From Auanema rhodensis (taxonomy: Eukaryota; Animalia; Nematoda), in the NCBI GenBank assembly GCA_964057225.1, contig OZ059896.1, positions 7,998,001 through 8,062,000 on the forward strand: 64,000 nt of DNA, written 5' to 3'. Position numbers and translations under genes: made by a program. The notes beneath the pieces were generated by a model. It saw only the letters and a list, made by a program, of their open reading frames with translations. It searched no databases and had not been told where the DNA came from. Shown here in pieces: positions 61,241 through 64,000 of the stretch (positions are counted from its first letter, which is position 1; each line of letters starts with the position of its first letter).

Positions 61241-61587
61241 TTAAGATTATAGCTGACTATTATTTAGCTTTTATCGTCATATAGTTTTGTTTGTTCTGTT
61301 ATTTTTAGCCTTGGCGCTTTTCTAGCATACTGGTGTAGTTTAGAAGCTCATAGTTAGTTAACTATAGCATTTTTTCAAAAACCTGCTATCCTAATGTCAA
61401 ATTTTCTATATATCATAAATTATATTAATATGTTTCTAGATGAAACTTTTAACTTAATAAATGTAGTTTTACCTATAAGATGAGTTTTATATATTGTTTT
61501 CGTATATAATTGGATTTTTTATTTTATATTAAGAATTTTGAGATCAATTGTATATAACAACATTGATGAAAGAGCAAGAAATGAGAA

Positions 61588-63010
61588 TTAATATAATTTT
61601 ATAATATGTTCCACCGATTTCCGTTTTAAATCGGGCACAGTAGCATCTTCTGCTGGATATCCAAGAGGCAATAAGAGTAAAAGCTGTAAAGAAAGAATGA
61701 TGACATTTTTCTCAGAGTACAACTAGCGACATACTGATTCATTTTCTGGTCGTTTAAGTAGTCGCGAAATTTGGGGTCCAGCATTCAGAGGCGACGTTAC
61801 AACAGTAGATAAACCAATATTCTGGATAGCAGTCAGTAAAACTCCTATAGCAATTAATGTACTCATTTCGTTGTAATGATACATTCTCTCAAAACGGCCA
61901 TCTACTTCCTTGAACACCTGGAAGAATTAAAAAAGATAACGACTAATCAATAAAACAAGTGAAAAAATATTCTTTCTAATGTTAAATTTCATTTTAACCT
62001 CATGGCAAACGGCTAACAAATATGGAGCATCTGTGATATATGGACGATTCCATGTTGATTGTAGAGTTGAAACATCAACAATCCATTCTACTCCCGCTCT
62101 AACGATAATTACAACGGTTATGTATATATATATATATTGGAAACCAACCTTTTCGTGTAATTTTCACGTTCGTCAGCTTCAAGAATATTACGAATATCAT
62201 GTTTCAAATCATCTCGAACGATTACACAAAAGACCCATGGTTGAGTATTACCAACTGATGGGGCAGATCCTAAAAAAATTTAATAAAAAGGAAATAGAAA
62301 AGTTCAAAGAATAGTATATTATTGATAATTTAATTCATCGAATGTCTTTACCTGCGGTTTTTATCAAATTTTGAATAACTTTAAGAGAGACAGGACGACC
62401 GCTAAATTCAAAAAGGTTAATCTAGGATCAATCAGATGAATTTTTCAAACCTAAACGTTCTCACACTTCTCCTCATCTTCATTTGTTCATAAAAAAATTG
62501 CGATTTCTTTAACGATTCATCATCATCATAGGAATGCATAAAATATGGTATCTTAAATTTTATACAATTGAAAAAAAATTTTAATTTAAAATTTAACATA
62601 TTAGAATTTAGATTTTTAATAATTAACAAACCTCTTTTTCATTATATACAAAAGCATGAAGATCGGTTAAAAAACTATCATCTCCTACTCCGCGTTCCGA
62701 TATCTCCTGCAAAATTATAATAGGTTAAGGATGAAGCATGAATTTACAAGAAAAAACCTTTTTTAAGTCAACTTTTGCTTCATTTCTTCGTTCATGACGT
62801 TTTGTTCTAGTTAATAAACTCATCACTTGATAACTTATAAAAGCAATAACCTTAAAACTACTTCGGTATATGTATTACGGCAGATCGACAAACCAAAATT
62901 GATATAGAGATATTCAATATTATTTCTGTGTGTTCAGCATACTTTTCTTGTAAATCCCGCAAAAGACACCGAATATACTTTGGATCGAAAAATCGAGTTT
63001 TATTCACCAT
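61588..63010 (-). CDS. IYD: Iodotyrosine deiodinase (nitroreductase fold; IYD/SUP-18-like)
   Basis: MKMRRSVRTF, IKTAGSAPS.GNTQPW.F, PYITDAPYL, SPLNAG, LLLLPLGYPAEDATVPDLKRK. Confidence 0.9.
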
Positions 63011-64000
63011 ACCACAGCCTTAAAGTAGCTTTGACTGACAAGTAATTTAAGAAATAAGTAATAATCAGAAAATAATTTAGCAAATTCATCCTACAAAATA
63101 TTTAATATTTATAGTTTATTTCACATTTTTTTCGTATCGAATTATATTTTCAAGATTGCTTGACCTTATTACATACTTCGTAGCTAGGCATGTTAATAAG
63201 TTTCGACTCAGAAGTGTCAGCTGTTCATGATTAGGGTCAGAATATTCTTTCTGAGCTATTAAAAAACAAGAAAAACAGTTTTAAATGAATTTCTTGTGTC
63301 ATATATAGAATATTTTGATCAATTGAAGATTTACTGAGATATGTCAGAAGATCAGTCAAAGGCAAGATAAGTAACAAAGAGATTCCAGATCCAGAATAAA
63401 ATAAATGAGTTTAGCCAGCTTGAATCCTACGCATTTTGAATGATTAGTAACTAATAAAAAAACACTTGACGATCAATAAACATTCAATGAGTAATTGAAA
63501 AGTTTAAAGACAAAAAAAACGACAATTGAGATATAAGCAAGTCTTAAGCCATCTATTAATCAGAGCAAAGGCCGTACGTTGTAAAAGTGGATGAAGAACA
63601 AGTGGAGCAGCGTGCGCTGGAAAGGCACATGGGGGCGGAACAATGAAAACACAATCGACACAACAAGCTGGAAGTGGAAGGAGACAAACGACATCAATGA
63701 AAGGGATAAGGGATAAAGAGAAATAGAACTTGAAAACGTGCAGCAACCATCCGTTGCTCATCACCATGAACCAATGGTGCCCCCTCCCTTTTAACTGATA
63801 ATCTTCGCTCAACAGAGCAATTTTCATATTTTCAATGCTGGAAGAGATAAATATCCAGAGTGAGGATGTACTATTATATTGTTAAGTAAGAAAACAAGAA
63901 AAAAATATAGAGAAGGTTTTCATTTCGTTTTCGAACATACACTACTAGTACCCGTCAAATTTTACGTATAACTTTTTAAATCTTGGGTGTTATTTTCGTT

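Noticed and set aside
63504-63827. 107-aa Cys-rich minus-strand ORF
   Set aside because: No recognisable domain or splice structure. More likely GC-richer regulatory DNA upstream of the IYD gene, though this cannot be fully excluded.

Overview
Eukaryotic, AT-rich nematode DNA (rhabditid-like: ~45-55 nt introns, trans-splice-type acceptors, Tc1 and Cer-like retroelements). The window has two sharply separated domains. (1) 1-25.7 kb is repetitive and has no host protein genes. It holds tandem arrays of elongator tRNA-Met(CAT) genes: 43 complete copies, 37 on + in 192/193-bp units and 6 on - in 287-bp units. The arrays are interrupted by a young 9.36-kb BEL/Pao LTR retrotransposon (near-identical LTRs, GTTAT target duplication, tRNA-Gly PBS, phlebovirus-Gc-like envelope, an extra triple zinc-knuckle ORF, deleted RT catalytic core). 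The domain also contains defective Ty3/Gypsy pieces, a deleted Tc1 nested in a Tc1/mariner-type MITE, a ~2.5-kb tandem duplication, and a TG...CA-bounded element made of a tRNA-like Pol III promoter plus a 45-bp minisatellite. (2) 26.4-64 kb is ordinary gene-dense sequence: spinster-type MFS, MCTS1, QNG1, PEBP, FICD, LGG-2/LC3, LSM7, RBR-2/KDM5, SIAH-1, an Ig-domain gene, DPY-26/CAP-H, IL-17-like, GNAT, C1GALT1-like and IYD/SUP-18. Multi-exon gene coordinates are start-to-stop spans read by eye, and all gene names come from motif recognition, not database searches.
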